NCBI GenBank assembly: GCA_025061115.1
Contig: JANZKC010000001.1
Span: forward strand, 32,001 to 96,000
Length of the DNA stretch: 64,000 nucleotides
Source of the DNA: Candidatus Culexmicrobium cathedralense
Lineage (GTDB): Archaea > Thermoproteota > Methanomethylicia > Culexarchaeales > Culexmicrobiaceae
Reading direction: 5' to 3'
Shown: piece by piece, positions 38,537 to 49,104 of the stretch
Numbering within the stretch: the stretch's first letter is position 1
How the letters are laid out: every line of letters begins with the position of its first letter
The notes under the pieces: generated by a model
The model's input: only the letters and a program-made list of their open reading frames with translations
Told to the model about the DNA's origin: nothing
The model's database searches: none
Translations under genes and position numbers: made by a program

Positions 38537-39715
38537 CTAGTGACTTGCAAACCTATTAGCAAGGTCTACCAATTGAACCGTAATTAATGATGCCGCTGGA
38601 AATATTGGGAGAAGCCACAAGATGGACGTATAGCCGCCACTATATTCAATTAGTAAGCCGAAGAGGATTGGTCCAATTAGGAAGCCAAGTTCAAATGCGA
38701 TTGAATATATGCCGGACCCTAGGCCACGCATTTCAGATGGAAGCCCCCCTAAAGCTAGTAATTGAATTGCTGGAACGGTTAGTCCTAAACCCACGCCAAA
38801 TATCGTAGCACATAGATATGCAGTTGGCGGTAAGTAGTTTGAAGTTAACAGCACGTATGCTAGGGTAATCAGAGCTAATCCACTGGAAGCAATGTGTATC
38901 GGTCCTTTGCGATCTGCAATTTTTCCACTAGTAGCTCTAGCTATGATGCTTGAGCCCCCTTGAACACTAGCATAAATACCGTAAATACTAGCTCCAAATC
39001 CAATTTCATTATAAATTGCTGGAAGAAAAGTGTTTAAGGCACTATATGAAGTGGCGTAAAGTGCAACAGCAATCATTGCACCGGTGAAATTTAATGTTAG
39101 AAGCTTCTTGACATTCCTAACCTTACTTCCAAAAAGTTTATCGTTTGATTTTAGCATCCCCTTCGCCCACCGAGCTGCCAGAGAGAGAATTAGAATTGAA
39201 ACTAAAGTTAAGGCAAATGAGCTAATGAAAGTTGCTCTATAATCTAAAATGTCCGACAAGTAGCCACCCAATCCAGGGCCTAAAAGCTGGCTTACACCAA
39301 ACATCGTGCTCCTCCAACCCAAAATTTCGCCAATGCGATTTAGTGGAGCTAGATCCATAGCTGTTGAAATTGAAGAGGGCAAAAATGAGGCTGAAGCTAA
39401 ACCTTGAATTATCCTAGCAACGGCAAATAGCAGTAGGTTGTTTGAAGCAGCATAAATGAGTGAGGCAATGCAGCTTAATATGCAGCCTAACATCATCATC
39501 TCAAATCTATGACCTCTATCACTTATGAAGCCGAAGATTGGCCTCATAATAATTGCAGTGGCTGATGTAAGAGCGGATAATAATCCTAGAACTGCTGGAG
39601 TAGCACCCAGATTAATAGCGTATGGCGAAATTATGGGAGCTATAACCGTAACTGCGAAAAAGTACGTAAACGTCGCTAGTAAAACTGACCATATTGCTTT
39701 CGGCTGACTGCCCAT
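38537..39715 (-). CDS. MFS transporter
   Basis: GFISDRG, ARIIQG, GKIADRKG. Confidence 0.92.
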   Translation of the reverse strand: MGSQPKAIWSVLLATFTYFFAVTVIAPIISPYAINLGATPAVLGLLSALTSATAIIMRPIFGFISDRGHRFEMMMLGCILSCIASLIYAASNNLLLFAVARIIQGLASASFLPSSISTAMDLAPLNRIGEILGWRSTMFGVSQLLGPGLGGYLSDILDYRATFISSFALTLVSILILSLAARWAKGMLKSNDKLFGSKVRNVKKLLTLNFTGAMIAVALYATSYSALNTFLPAIYNEIGFGASIYGIYASVQGGSSIIARATSGKIADRKGPIHIASSGLALITLAYVLLTSNYLPPTAYLCATIFGVGLGLTVPAIQLLALGGLPSEMRGLGSGIYSIAFELGFLIGPILFGLLIEYSGGYTSILWLLPIFPAASLITVQLVDLANRFASH

Positions 39716-39807
39716 GGGAAGTCCCCGTCATTGATGGATTAACTAGATTAATCGAAGGTGAATTATAAAGATTTTCCAGCAAGCTATCCTTTATGCGCAA
39801 TGCATAC

Positions 39808-41004
39808 TTACATGAAGCTGAAAATTGCAATTGCAAACAATATTGTAGAAATCATGCTTGGAAGCAAATACTTATAAACTTTATCCATTGAGCATTCAAA
39901 GTACTGAGCGGTGTACACAAAACAGAGGTGAGCTGGGGATCCGATGTAACTAACATAGGATGATACAAACAGAATATTCACATCATTAATTAGCAGGTGT
40001 TTAAATCCACTCATAATTGGCAGCGAAATTACTATGCCAGTTAATGGAGATCCAGTTGAAATGCTTATAACGGCCGGCATAAGTATCTCCAACACAATTA
40101 ACGGAACACCGCTTGAAGAAAGTGCTTCAGTTATTAGCTGAGAAGCTCCAGACAATATAAATGCCTTTTGTATGTACATTATGCCAAATGCAGCCAAACC
40201 GATGCCCAAAACTCTCCTATTAAGGAAAGAGTTGCACAGCATACTCTTGCAGGGCTTTACAATTAAAGTTAAAATTAAAATACCTAGAAAGATTCCTAGA
40301 ACCATACCCCAATCGCCTACACATATTTTTAGGAGAATAGCTGAAACTAAAGCTGTTATTAATGGGGCAGATGTCATGCTCAACGGCTTAGAATTAACTT
40401 TTAGTGAAGCCTTACCAGAGGATTTTGCGCTTCTCAAAGCAAGTAGGTAACCAACCATTATCATAAATATTGCAACTGGAAGCTGCCTCAAAATCAAGCT
40501 TTCAATGGAATAGCCTGATAGCGTTGCAGTTACAATAACTAGTTGGCTTATCGGATATACGAGAAATATCGTGTGCCTGAACCAGACGTTAGAGTAAACG
40601 GCTAAAGAGCTGGTGAAGCCCAGATCGGAGCTTAATACACCTATTATGGGGGCTGACATTAATGCTCCACCAGCAACTGGAAGCAAACCTATAACAGCTG
40701 GAGTTAAAATTACTGCAATCTTCGAATTTCTCAATGTACGAATAATTCCCAGCCCTAAGTCCTCTATTAGCTTGCTCAACCGATAAAGCTCAGCCAGTGA
40801 AGCAATGCCGATGGAAATTGCAATTAAAAACCAAGTTCTGTTGGAACTCAATGTCACCGCCAATATATCTAGAAAGTTTTCGGGTGAAAGCGCTAATGTA
40901 ATAATAGCGGCTGCCGTGATGAGGGCGAAGCCAATTTCAATTCCCAATTTAATTAGGATTAAGGCCAACGCTAGAGCCACTATTACTATGGCCAGCATTA
41001 GCAT
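39808..41004 (-). CDS. DUF401 family membrane protein
   Basis: PA.IGLLP..GGA.MSAP, N.WFRH....YP, SP.HLC. Confidence 0.88.
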   Translation of the reverse strand: MLMLAIVIVALALALILIKLGIEIGFALITAAAIITLALSPENFLDILAVTLSSNRTWFLIAISIGIASLAELYRLSKLIEDLGLGIIRTLRNSKIAVILTPAVIGLLPVAGGALMSAPIIGVLSSDLGFTSSLAVYSNVWFRHTIFLVYPISQLVIVTATLSGYSIESLILRQLPVAIFMIMVGYLLALRSAKSSGKASLKVNSKPLSMTSAPLITALVSAILLKICVGDWGMVLGIFLGILILTLIVKPCKSMLCNSFLNRRVLGIGLAAFGIMYIQKAFILSGASQLITEALSSSGVPLIVLEILMPAVISISTGSPLTGIVISLPIMSGFKHLLINDVNILFVSSYVSYIGSPAHLCFVYTAQYFECSMDKVYKYLLPSMISTILFAIAIFSFM

Positions 41005-41175
41005 GGAATTTGCACCTCAACTACTAGCTGCGCATTAACTTAACAAAATGCGGCAAAATCCACTCAAAAAACTTTTGGTTCAATATATTATAATACATTT
41101 ACATTATCATAATATTTTAATTTTTACTAAAAATAAATATAAAAGTGTTATAGTGAGAAATTATGATCTACACTT

Positions 41176-43050
41176 TCATACTGACATGCCAAGCACGTTG
41201 TAGATAAATGCCAGTATATCGGCGTTCTCTTTAATTTTTGTTTTGGGCGTTGCTCCTGAATGTCCACTTGAGGTTTCTACTCTCAAGTAGATTGGAGCGT
41301 TTACTTCCTTGAGTTTTGCCACGAATTTGAAGGCATGTGCTGGATGTACTCTGTCGTCGTGGAGTCCAGTGTATACTATTGTTGGTGGGTACTTGGCTCT
41401 ACGAACGTTATGATATGGAGAATACTTAATGAGAAATTCCGCATCCTTCGGATTTTCTGGATCCCCATACTCTGGAATCCAGGCTTTACCAATGTAGAGC
41501 TTGTGGAACCTTAACATATCTATGACAGGATATCCTATAACTGCTCCATCCAATAGTTCGGGTTTTTGAGTGAGAACTGCACTTACTAGTAAGCCGCCGT
41601 TACTTCTACCTGTAGCTACTACTTTAGCGCCCTTATCTTTAAAGTACTTTATTGCTGCCATGAAGTCGTTGAAAACGTTTTGCTTTTTATCTCTCATTCC
41701 ATCCTTATGCCACTTTTCGCCATATTCTAGCCCTCCACGTATATTGGCTACTACATACACTCCTCCATCCTCAATGAAGGGCATTATACTTGGCTCAAAA
41801 ACAGGTGTTTTTGAAATTCTAAAGCCACCATACCCGTAAATTAGCACATTATCAAGCTTCGCATCACTCTTCTTTGCAATGAACATGTGTATTTTTGTTC
41901 CATCAGTTGATGTTGTCCATGCTTCTTCAATTACGTAATCACCTCTAATTTCTTTTGAGTCTATTAGCCTGAACGCCTCGCCGTTATAAGCGTACAATCG
42001 ATATGGCGTGAAGAATGATTCGTAAATGAAAGCTGCTTCATCTTCAATTGAATTTAAAGATCGAATTGTTCCTGGAACAGGAAAATTCACTTCATCTACA
42101 AGCTTGCCCGTAAATGTGAATGATTTGATAAGTGATGCTGCGTCTTTGAGGTAGTGGACGATTATCCTTCCATTAGCTGTGACTGCTTCTTGAAGTGGAC
42201 ATTTCTGCTCATCAATGATTGTCTCGATCACATTGTCAGATACTTTTAATATTTTGCCAAGTCCGTCATCCTCATAAGAAGCTATCAAGTATGCTTGATC
42301 CACATAATCTATGGGATTTGCAATAAATTTGCCACCATAAATTTTATTCCAGCTTTCGGGATTCTTCAATTCTCCTCCATAAACAGTGCTTTTACTCCAG
42401 CCGTATCTGACTGTAACGAGAGCCTTTGAATCATCGCTTGAAGATTTTATGTCAATGAAGTGTGAGGTAGGGATACCTTCACCCCAAACTACTTCATCTT
42501 TGCCATTTTCTCTAATTAATACTCTAGTAGTTGGAGGGGAAACTCCGTCAGGAGGAGGCTCTTCACGGAATAACTTGACGTAATAATAACTGTCTTTGTT
42601 AAGCCAAACTATCCCCCAAATAACGCCCTTTAGCTCGTCTACTACCTCTCTAGTATCTACATCAATTATCTTCAATGCTCCTACATCTGCACCTCCATAA
42701 GAGTAGGAGAATGCCAGTCGATCTCCTTCTTTAGATGCATGAATTCTCTGAATAACTGCATCTTCACCTAGATCTCTTGAATCTATGAGCTCTATAATTT
42801 CGCCGCTTCGCTTGTAAAGTTTGATTTTGAAGGATTCTTCTTCACGTATAAGTGCAAAGTATCCTCGCCTTGATATTGAAGTCATGACGATATGGAGAAT
42901 TGAATAGTACTTGGCTATTCTAGGCTCAAGCTTGCGGGATAATTGCCTTAAGAAATCACTTGTACGCTTGTGCTCATTTAAAGCCCAATTTAAAACCTTA
43001 GGGTCTTTAAGATTCTCCATCCATAAATAAGGATCTTCCAGTACGCTCAT
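41176..43050 (-). CDS. Prolyl oligopeptidase (S9A)
   Basis: EDPYLWME, YGYGGF, RGG.EYG, GRSNGG, HDDRV, GH. Confidence 0.95.
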   Translation of the reverse strand: MSVLEDPYLWMENLKDPKVLNWALNEHKRTSDFLRQLSRKLEPRIAKYYSILHIVMTSISRRGYFALIREEESFKIKLYKRSGEIIELIDSRDLGEDAVIQRIHASKEGDRLAFSYSYGGADVGALKIIDVDTREVVDELKGVIWGIVWLNKDSYYYVKLFREEPPPDGVSPPTTRVLIRENGKDEVVWGEGIPTSHFIDIKSSSDDSKALVTVRYGWSKSTVYGGELKNPESWNKIYGGKFIANPIDYVDQAYLIASYEDDGLGKILKVSDNVIETIIDEQKCPLQEAVTANGRIIVHYLKDAASLIKSFTFTGKLVDEVNFPVPGTIRSLNSIEDEAAFIYESFFTPYRLYAYNGEAFRLIDSKEIRGDYVIEEAWTTSTDGTKIHMFIAKKSDAKLDNVLIYGYGGFRISKTPVFEPSIMPFIEDGGVYVVANIRGGLEYGEKWHKDGMRDKKQNVFNDFMAAIKYFKDKGAKVVATGRSNGGLLVSAVLTQKPELLDGAVIGYPVIDMLRFHKLYIGKAWIPEYGDPENPKDAEFLIKYSPYHNVRRAKYPPTIVYTGLHDDRVHPAHAFKFVAKLKEVNAPIYLRVETSSGHSGATPKTKIKENADILAFIYNVLGMSV

Positions 43051-43126
43051 ACTGATCTACCACTTTCACATTACTAACTTGAAACTTGCTGATTATAAGT
43101 ATTAGATAATTAAAGATAAATAGCAT

Positions 43127-43957
43127 CTAATTTTGTTTACGCTCAAGCTTCTTCATTATTTCGTCTGCTATTTGTAGAATTATCTTTGCTGCAGGCGCGT
43201 TTTCATATTTTAGTAAGAAGAGTTCACCCTTATCGTTGCACTCGCTTATCCTTGGGTCGATGGGTATTGATCCCAAATATGGAATGTTCATTTCCAAGGC
43301 TATTCTTCTTCCAGCGCCCTCACCAAATATATTATATGTTGTTCCGCATTTGGGGCAGGTGAAGCCATTCATGTTCTCTACTATTCCTAATATAGGCACA
43401 TTCAGTTTTTGGCAGAATTTAATTGCCTTTTTAACCACTAGCCTCGAAAGGTCTGAAGGTATGGTTATGATTACTGCTCCCGACATACTTTTAATGTATT
43501 GAGCAATGCTTAGCGGCTCATCACCAGTTCCAGGTGGAAGATCTATATATAGGTAATCCAATGCTCCCCAATTCACGTTAGCTAGGAACTCTGCAATTAG
43601 CCTCCCTTTAAGCGGTCCTCTCCATATTATTGGAGCATCCTCCTCTGGGAGCATAAATTGGGTTGATACTACCTTCAAGTTTAATGGCCCCAGAACTGGA
43701 GCTATGCCCAAAGGACTTATTAGCAATTTAGATTTTTCCAATCCCAGAATTTTGGGAATTGAAGGCCCATGAATATCTGCATCTAACAATCCCACCTTCC
43801 TGCCTTTAACTGCAGTTGCTAGTGCTAATGAAGCTGCAACAGAACTCTTCCCCACACCGCCCTTTCCGCTGACAATCATTATTTTGTGGGTTATTCCACT
43901 CATTTTACTTTCAATCATTTTAAGTAACTCTTCATAGGAGCGAGCAGCTTTACTCAA
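43127..43957 (-). CDS. mrp: Mrp/NBP35 Fe-S cluster carrier ATPase
   Basis: SGKGGVGKS, DADIHGPS, WRGP, DLPPGTGD, ENM...CPKC. Confidence 0.95.
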   Translation of the reverse strand: MSKAARSYEELLKMIESKMSGITHKIMIVSGKGGVGKSSVAASLALATAVKGRKVGLLDADIHGPSIPKILGLEKSKLLISPLGIAPVLGPLNLKVVSTQFMLPEEDAPIIWRGPLKGRLIAEFLANVNWGALDYLYIDLPPGTGDEPLSIAQYIKSMSGAVIITIPSDLSRLVVKKAIKFCQKLNVPILGIVENMNGFTCPKCGTTYNIFGEGAGRRIALEMNIPYLGSIPIDPRISECNDKGELFLLKYENAPAAKIILQIADEIMKKLERKQN

Positions 43958-44015
43958 GCAATCACCTCTTGAAATTGCATGTCAAATATAAAAATGGTGA
44001 ATTTAGCAGTTGCGC

Positions 44016-44285
44016 TTACCATCCATACATTTGACTTAGCCACAAGGAAGTAGGCACCCTATAACCCATAAAAGGCATCCGCATTTGCCATGGCATCATG
44101 TATGGACGATAAATCCATGGATATCCGTAGCTCATATACCCATATTGCCAAGGCGCTCCAAATAGCCACCAACATGATCCTCTGCCAAATAGCCATCCAG
44201 GCCTCATCCATGGCGGTAAATGGCTGAATGGACCCCTGCCAGGCCATTGTCCAATCCAACCTCTCCTACCCCAGCCCCACGCCAT
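44016..44285 (-). CDS. Gly/Trp/Pro-rich small protein (DUF5320-like) upstream of mrp
   Basis: WPGRGPFSHLPPWMRPGWLFGRGSCW; GGAGGTGA RBS. Confidence 0.75.
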   Translation of the reverse strand: MAWGWGRRGWIGQWPGRGPFSHLPPWMRPGWLFGRGSCWWLFGAPWQYGYMSYGYPWIYRPYMMPWQMRMPFMGYRVPTSLWLSQMYGW

Positions 44286-44325
44286 TAGCCCTCACCTCCT
44301 CATCAGGCATACTATAAAAGGAGAT

Positions 44326-44355
44326 ATAAATTTTGTGCTATTGCACAAAATTTAT
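44326..44355. promoter_or_regulatory. 13-4-13 inverted repeat at the promoter of the mrp operon
   Basis: ATAAATTTTGTGC-TATT-GCACAAAATTTAT overlapping minus-strand TTTATA. Confidence 0.7.
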
Positions 44356-44377
44356 GTGGTCATTACAGCAATAGAAG

Positions 44378-44395
44378 TGAAGGCTGCAGCCTTCA
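44378..44395. repeat. Perfect 18-bp palindrome in divergent intergenic region
   Basis: TGAAGGCTGCAGCCTTCA. Confidence 0.6.
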
Positions 44396-44475
44396 TTTTC
44401 ATTAGAACCACTCCTACGATTACGGGTAGACGTAATCAATAAATTTTGTAAACAACATGTGGTATTGGTGGTTAA

Positions 44476-45924
44476 ATGAGCTTAAAAACTTGGTCAAGGA
44501 AATATGAAGATGTTAGAGCAGCTCTAGTGGAGCAGTATTATAACCAAAGGGCAGGACTACCATACGACAAGGAGCTCATGGAGAAACTATCTAAGGATAT
44601 GGCAAAACTATGTAGAGAATTCCTAGAAAAATTCAATGAGCCAAGAAGCATGTATCTCGCATGCATATCTGAAGTAGCAAGAGATGAAAGGCTTAAAATT
44701 GAAATAGAATTTGAAGAGAAGAGAATGGAAATAATCAAAAGCGAGACATTCACGCTTAATGGCGCTCCCGTTAACTGGGGAAGTTGGCGTAAATTTAACG
44801 CTAGAGTTGATAATCCTGAGAAGAGGAAAAAGTTATTTGATGAATTCATTTCCAAGGCAAATCAATTAGCACACCTCGTCAATGAGAGAATGAGAATTTC
44901 AAGGGAAGTATATGCAAGATATGGATTAACGCCATTAGATGCATATCTTGAATTGGAAAAATTGACTTATGAAGAGCTTTACTCGATTGTTGAGAAAATA
45001 GGATTGGGTGCTAAGGAAGCATACCTGAAAGCCGCTGAGCAATATGCACCAGAAGTTCTCGGCAAAAGCAAAGTAGAGTATTACGATGACTACTATACTT
45101 GGAGAGGCAGAATCTACAGGCCTCTAAACAAATACTTTGAGCATATAGATCCAGTATCAAAAGTAATCGAACTACTTAGAGACTTGCAAGTTGATCCAAC
45201 AAAAATCAAAGTAGATGCAGAAGATAGAGAAAAGAAAAGTCCAAGTGCATTTTGCTTCTGGATAAGAGTTCCCGATGACGTTAGAGTAGTATACAGGAGA
45301 GTAGCTCCATTTACGGATTTCGGCTCAGTGTTCCACGAGTTTGGCCATGGACTACACGGCGTTTCAGCTAGGCGTGAAGATCCAGTATGGAAGAGATATG
45401 TCGTTCCAATGAGTGTAGCTGAGACGTTCAGCTACCTATTGGAATACCTACTGGAAGACGAATTCTTCCTAAAAGAAGAACTGAAACTGCCCAATGAAGC
45501 AGTTAGGGAAATTATTGATAGAAGAAGATTCATGCATCTAGTCTTCGCCACATTCTATGCAGCGAACAGCTTGATGAAATTAGAGTTCTGGAAATATGAA
45601 TACAATGCTGAAAAGGCAGCTGAAAGATATCAGGAATTAACAAGGAAGTTCTTCGTTGAAGTCCCAGGAGAGTATTGGCTGCTTCACCACGTGATGCCAA
45701 GCTATGACATATATTCTCCAAGCTACGTAGTAGCTGCCGTCAGAATGGCTGCTATAAAAAGGAAGCTTAAAGAGGAGTTTGGAGAGGCATGGTGGAGAAA
45801 CAGAAAAGCTGCTGAAATGATCAGAGAAATGGCATCAGCAAGAGGAGAATTCGACGTAAAAGCTTGGAAACTTGAACCAAAATTATACTTAGAGGAAATC
45901 AAAGAAATAAGCATTTTAAAGTAA
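44476..45924 (+). CDS. M3/M32-like (gluzincin) metallopeptidase
   Basis: FHEFGHGLH zinc motif; downstream AETFS third ligand; YSPSY. Confidence 0.82.
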   Translation: MSLKTWSRKYEDVRAALVEQYYNQRAGLPYDKELMEKLSKDMAKLCREFLEKFNEPRSMYLACISEVARDERLKIEIEFEEKRMEIIKSETFTLNGAPVNWGSWRKFNARVDNPEKRKKLFDEFISKANQLAHLVNERMRISREVYARYGLTPLDAYLELEKLTYEELYSIVEKIGLGAKEAYLKAAEQYAPEVLGKSKVEYYDDYYTWRGRIYRPLNKYFEHIDPVSKVIELLRDLQVDPTKIKVDAEDREKKSPSAFCFWIRVPDDVRVVYRRVAPFTDFGSVFHEFGHGLHGVSARREDPVWKRYVVPMSVAETFSYLLEYLLEDEFFLKEELKLPNEAVREIIDRRRFMHLVFATFYAANSLMKLEFWKYEYNAEKAAERYQELTRKFFVEVPGEYWLLHHVMPSYDIYSPSYVVAAVRMAAIKRKLKEEFGEAWWRNRKAAEMIREMASARGEFDVKAWKLEPKLYLEEIKEISILK

Positions 45925-45939
45925 AAACATAAAATTATT

Positions 45940-47103
45940 TTATATTTTTATTATTTGAACTATAATTAAACATAAAATGAATAATAAAATTGAAATTGGA
46001 AAAATTATCCAAATACCAAATAAGTCTACGAGTAACGATGCGATTATTGGCATTACAATTCCAGAAATGCTTACAGGCATGAAGAAGGCGCTGTAGGCTG
46101 TGCCTCTAGCTTCTGGAGGGATTATAAAGGCAACGAGGGAGCTTGAAATGGGCATGGTCATAGCGTTAAACAAGCCGTAAGCCAAATAGAAAATCACAAT
46201 TAGAAATGGAGCTGGAGATAAGAAGATCATAGTTAAAGTCAATGAGATTGATATGAAAATAATTGTAAATGATCTCCTCCATCCCAATTTATCTCCTAGA
46301 AATCCCCCTAAAATTGAGCCAACTAAGCCGATTAGAGGACTTAAGCCAAAAATTATGCTTGCAGTGCCTGGATCAATACCCTTACCCATCGATAAGTACG
46401 TTGTCATGAAAGTTGAGATACTTGAACTAGCGGCAGTTCTTACTGAAATAAAAATTAACAGCGAGATAAAAGTAAATGAAAGTATACTCCTTAACGGTGT
46501 AGAGATGCTTCGCACTGCTTCACTTTCAACACTATGCTTCAAATTAAACTTTAATAGTAGAGCAGAAATTGCAACTATAAATATTGGAATTAACCAAAAT
46601 GCGAAAACAAATTTCCAACCAAGCCAATGCAAAATTAAGCCAAGAGTGATTGGACCTAATGAAACCCCCAAAGTTCCACATGCACCATGTAGTCCAAGAC
46701 CCCTTCCTCTATAATTTTCAGGTAAAACACTTGTTGTAGCACTTAAAGCAGGCGGATGGTAAAAAGTTGAAGATAAAGCAATCAGAGTGAAGCCGACAAA
46801 TAAACTCCAAATAGAAGGATATAGATATATTAGAAGCCCAGCTAAACCTTCTAAAAACAAACTTGTTGAGATAAGCTTTCTAGCATTAAATCTATCTGCT
46901 ATGAGTCCACTGGGAAGCGACATCAGAAGTTGAATGAAGCGCGGAATCGAGACAAGTAGTCCTGCTTGAAAAACTGATAAATTGAATTCATCCATGAGAA
47001 TGGGTATTAAAGCGAAGGGCGCGTTAGTATAAACGTGAATCAACGTGTGCGTTGAGCATAGAAATGCCAATTTAAACTTAAAGCTACTGCGCAATCGAAT
47101 CAC
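45940..47103 (-). CDS. MFS transporter (Fsr-like)
   Basis: H...H, GLIADRF, FYHPPA, G.LGDKLG. Confidence 0.9.
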   Translation of the reverse strand: MIRLRSSFKFKLAFLCSTHTLIHVYTNAPFALIPILMDEFNLSVFQAGLLVSIPRFIQLLMSLPSGLIADRFNARKLISTSLFLEGLAGLLIYLYPSIWSLFVGFTLIALSSTFYHPPALSATTSVLPENYRGRGLGLHGACGTLGVSLGPITLGLILHWLGWKFVFAFWLIPIFIVAISALLLKFNLKHSVESEAVRSISTPLRSILSFTFISLLIFISVRTAASSSISTFMTTYLSMGKGIDPGTASIIFGLSPLIGLVGSILGGFLGDKLGWRRSFTIIFISISLTLTMIFLSPAPFLIVIFYLAYGLFNAMTMPISSSLVAFIIPPEARGTAYSAFFMPVSISGIVMPIIASLLVDLFGIWIIFPISILLFILCLIIVQIIKI

Positions 47104-47226
47104 CTTCTCAACCCAAGTATTTCATTAAATATACAGCGATTGCTTTAAATCATTTACTATTCCAACTTTAAACATTAACATCTTCAACTTAAACTAAGCA
47201 ATTAATCTTAATAATTAAACGAATAT

Positions 47227-47625
47227 TCAATTCTTTGCTGAATTTTGAACGCATCTCTCCTTTAATGTTCCTATTGAATGTGTATTTTCAGATTTTAGGT
47301 AGAGGATGCATGGTTGAAGGGAATACTCAATATAAGGTAGGCGTGCAAGAAATGCAATTATAATTGCACCTGCACCTGCCCAATCTGATGGTTTTAAATC
47401 TTTTTTATAATTAAGAGAACCCCTCCTTAGCAGGGCGTTCCAAAACGGTTTGAAGCGCTCCTTCTTCAGCACTCTGCGCTTTCCAGTTCGCTCAGAATAA
47501 ACAATTATTCTGTCATCTTTAACATCCTCGATTTTAACTGTGACGCCTAATCCTAAAGTTGAAATTGAACTCAACTTTTTAGCAATTTGCAAAATATCAC
47601 GCCAAACATACTCGAAACTGTCCAT
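47227..47625 (-). CDS. Hypothetical protein
   Basis: 132-aa ORF with GGAGG RBS. Confidence 0.65.
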   Translation of the reverse strand: MDSFEYVWRDILQIAKKLSSISTLGLGVTVKIEDVKDDRIIVYSERTGKRRVLKKERFKPFWNALLRRGSLNYKKDLKPSDWAGAGAIIIAFLARLPYIEYSLQPCILYLKSENTHSIGTLKERCVQNSAKN

Positions 47626-47862
47626 GGAAACCTTTCCTCCGCACTAGAATATATACTTGACATAAAGGATATTAAATATTTTTACAATCTATGAATTCAA
47701 TCTTCATAAATGATTATAATCTTAATAATACATCATCCAAATAAGTGAAATAATTTAATTGACAGTTTAACCTTAATACGATTAAGTTTATTTAAAAATT
47801 AGTATAATTGTAATTTTTACTTGATTACAATAACATTAATAACTATTTATGAGAGAATCTAG

Positions 47863-48831
47863 TTAGAAGTATTTCCATAAAGTTAATGGAGTCATCTTCC
47901 CATTCGCAGTTGTTGGAATTAAATGCTTCACGCGTATTCTCCTCAGAGCTGAAGTTAATGGTTCAGCATCTAAGGCCAAAGTTGTTATTATTGCAGCAAG
48001 GCCACCCCACCTACTCCATCTTCTAATCCACTCTCTTTCAGCATCACGCTCAGAAACTCCATAAACTTCGCATATGATTTTCTTTAACCATCTATCGACA
48101 GGAGCCAATTCATATTTCTTAGCTGAAAGAACGAGAGCTAGCCTTGCTGTATATGGGCCAACGCCCTTAATCTTAACGAAATCTTCTTCGCTATATTTAG
48201 CATAGTAGCTTAAATCGCTATTTCGCATCTTTTCAGCAATTCTAATAATAGTTTCAGCACGATATCCCAGTTTACAAGCTTTCAAAGTTTCGTAGCTTGT
48301 TTCCAAAATTTTATTTGGGGATGGAGGTATAAGCGTTGGACCCCAATCGTTAACATGAATCTTCATGCCAAGCTTTCTGTAAAGAGAAGCGAGCATGGTC
48401 CATCCTTGCTTGAAACTTGCATTCTGCTGACAAACGCCAATAAGAAGCCCAAGCCATGGCGAAACCCTCCTAACTCTAAAACCTCGCAGATGAACGAGAG
48501 ATGCTGATAGAAGCTTATCTTTTTGCCAGATTTTATAGAATTCACTTAAATCCTCATTGACACCAAGAATGTCTTCAATTAATTCGAAGTATTCTGAATT
48601 TATGGTCACATTGGATTTGGAATATATTGTTGCCTTAAACTTTCTAGGAGCAGCCTCCTCTATTAATGACACTATCGGCGCATCATAATCTAAAATGAGC
48701 AGCAATTTTGAGCCATTAAAATACCATGAGAAATTATATGCTGAAGCAGTTAAATAAAAGCTATAATCTTTAATTGAAGATTCGATCATTCGCGTTGAAA
48801 TGCTTGTTAATCTCAATTCACCCACCAACAA
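47863..48831 (-). CDS. HhH-GPD DNA glycosylase (AlkA/OGG1-like)
   Basis: LGYRA, IKGVGPYTA, PVDRW; no catalytic Lys in the HhH, so probably monofunctional. Confidence 0.85.
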   Translation of the reverse strand: MLVGELRLTSISTRMIESSIKDYSFYLTASAYNFSWYFNGSKLLLILDYDAPIVSLIEEAAPRKFKATIYSKSNVTINSEYFELIEDILGVNEDLSEFYKIWQKDKLLSASLVHLRGFRVRRVSPWLGLLIGVCQQNASFKQGWTMLASLYRKLGMKIHVNDWGPTLIPPSPNKILETSYETLKACKLGYRAETIIRIAEKMRNSDLSYYAKYSEEDFVKIKGVGPYTARLALVLSAKKYELAPVDRWLKKIICEVYGVSERDAEREWIRRWSRWGGLAAIITTLALDAEPLTSALRRIRVKHLIPTTANGKMTPLTLWKYF

Positions 48832-49104
48832 TTATCAAGTAGAATAATCCTTGAATTATGTTTCTACAAGCTAACTTAATTTAAAAACGATGAAAGAGAA
48901 TTATTAGGAGAGTTTAAGAAAAGGTTCATTGATCTAAATATTGACGATCATTAAATTAGGGCCCATTATGCTTAAGCATCAGTGAAATGTATTAATTGCT
49001 TTGAATTGCGCATTCTTTTTTAGATTGTTAGTATTCTCCTTATATGGTGCCCATCAAACATCGAGACTACTTTTAAACTAAAACTCAATCTTAGGTGATT
49101 AGCT

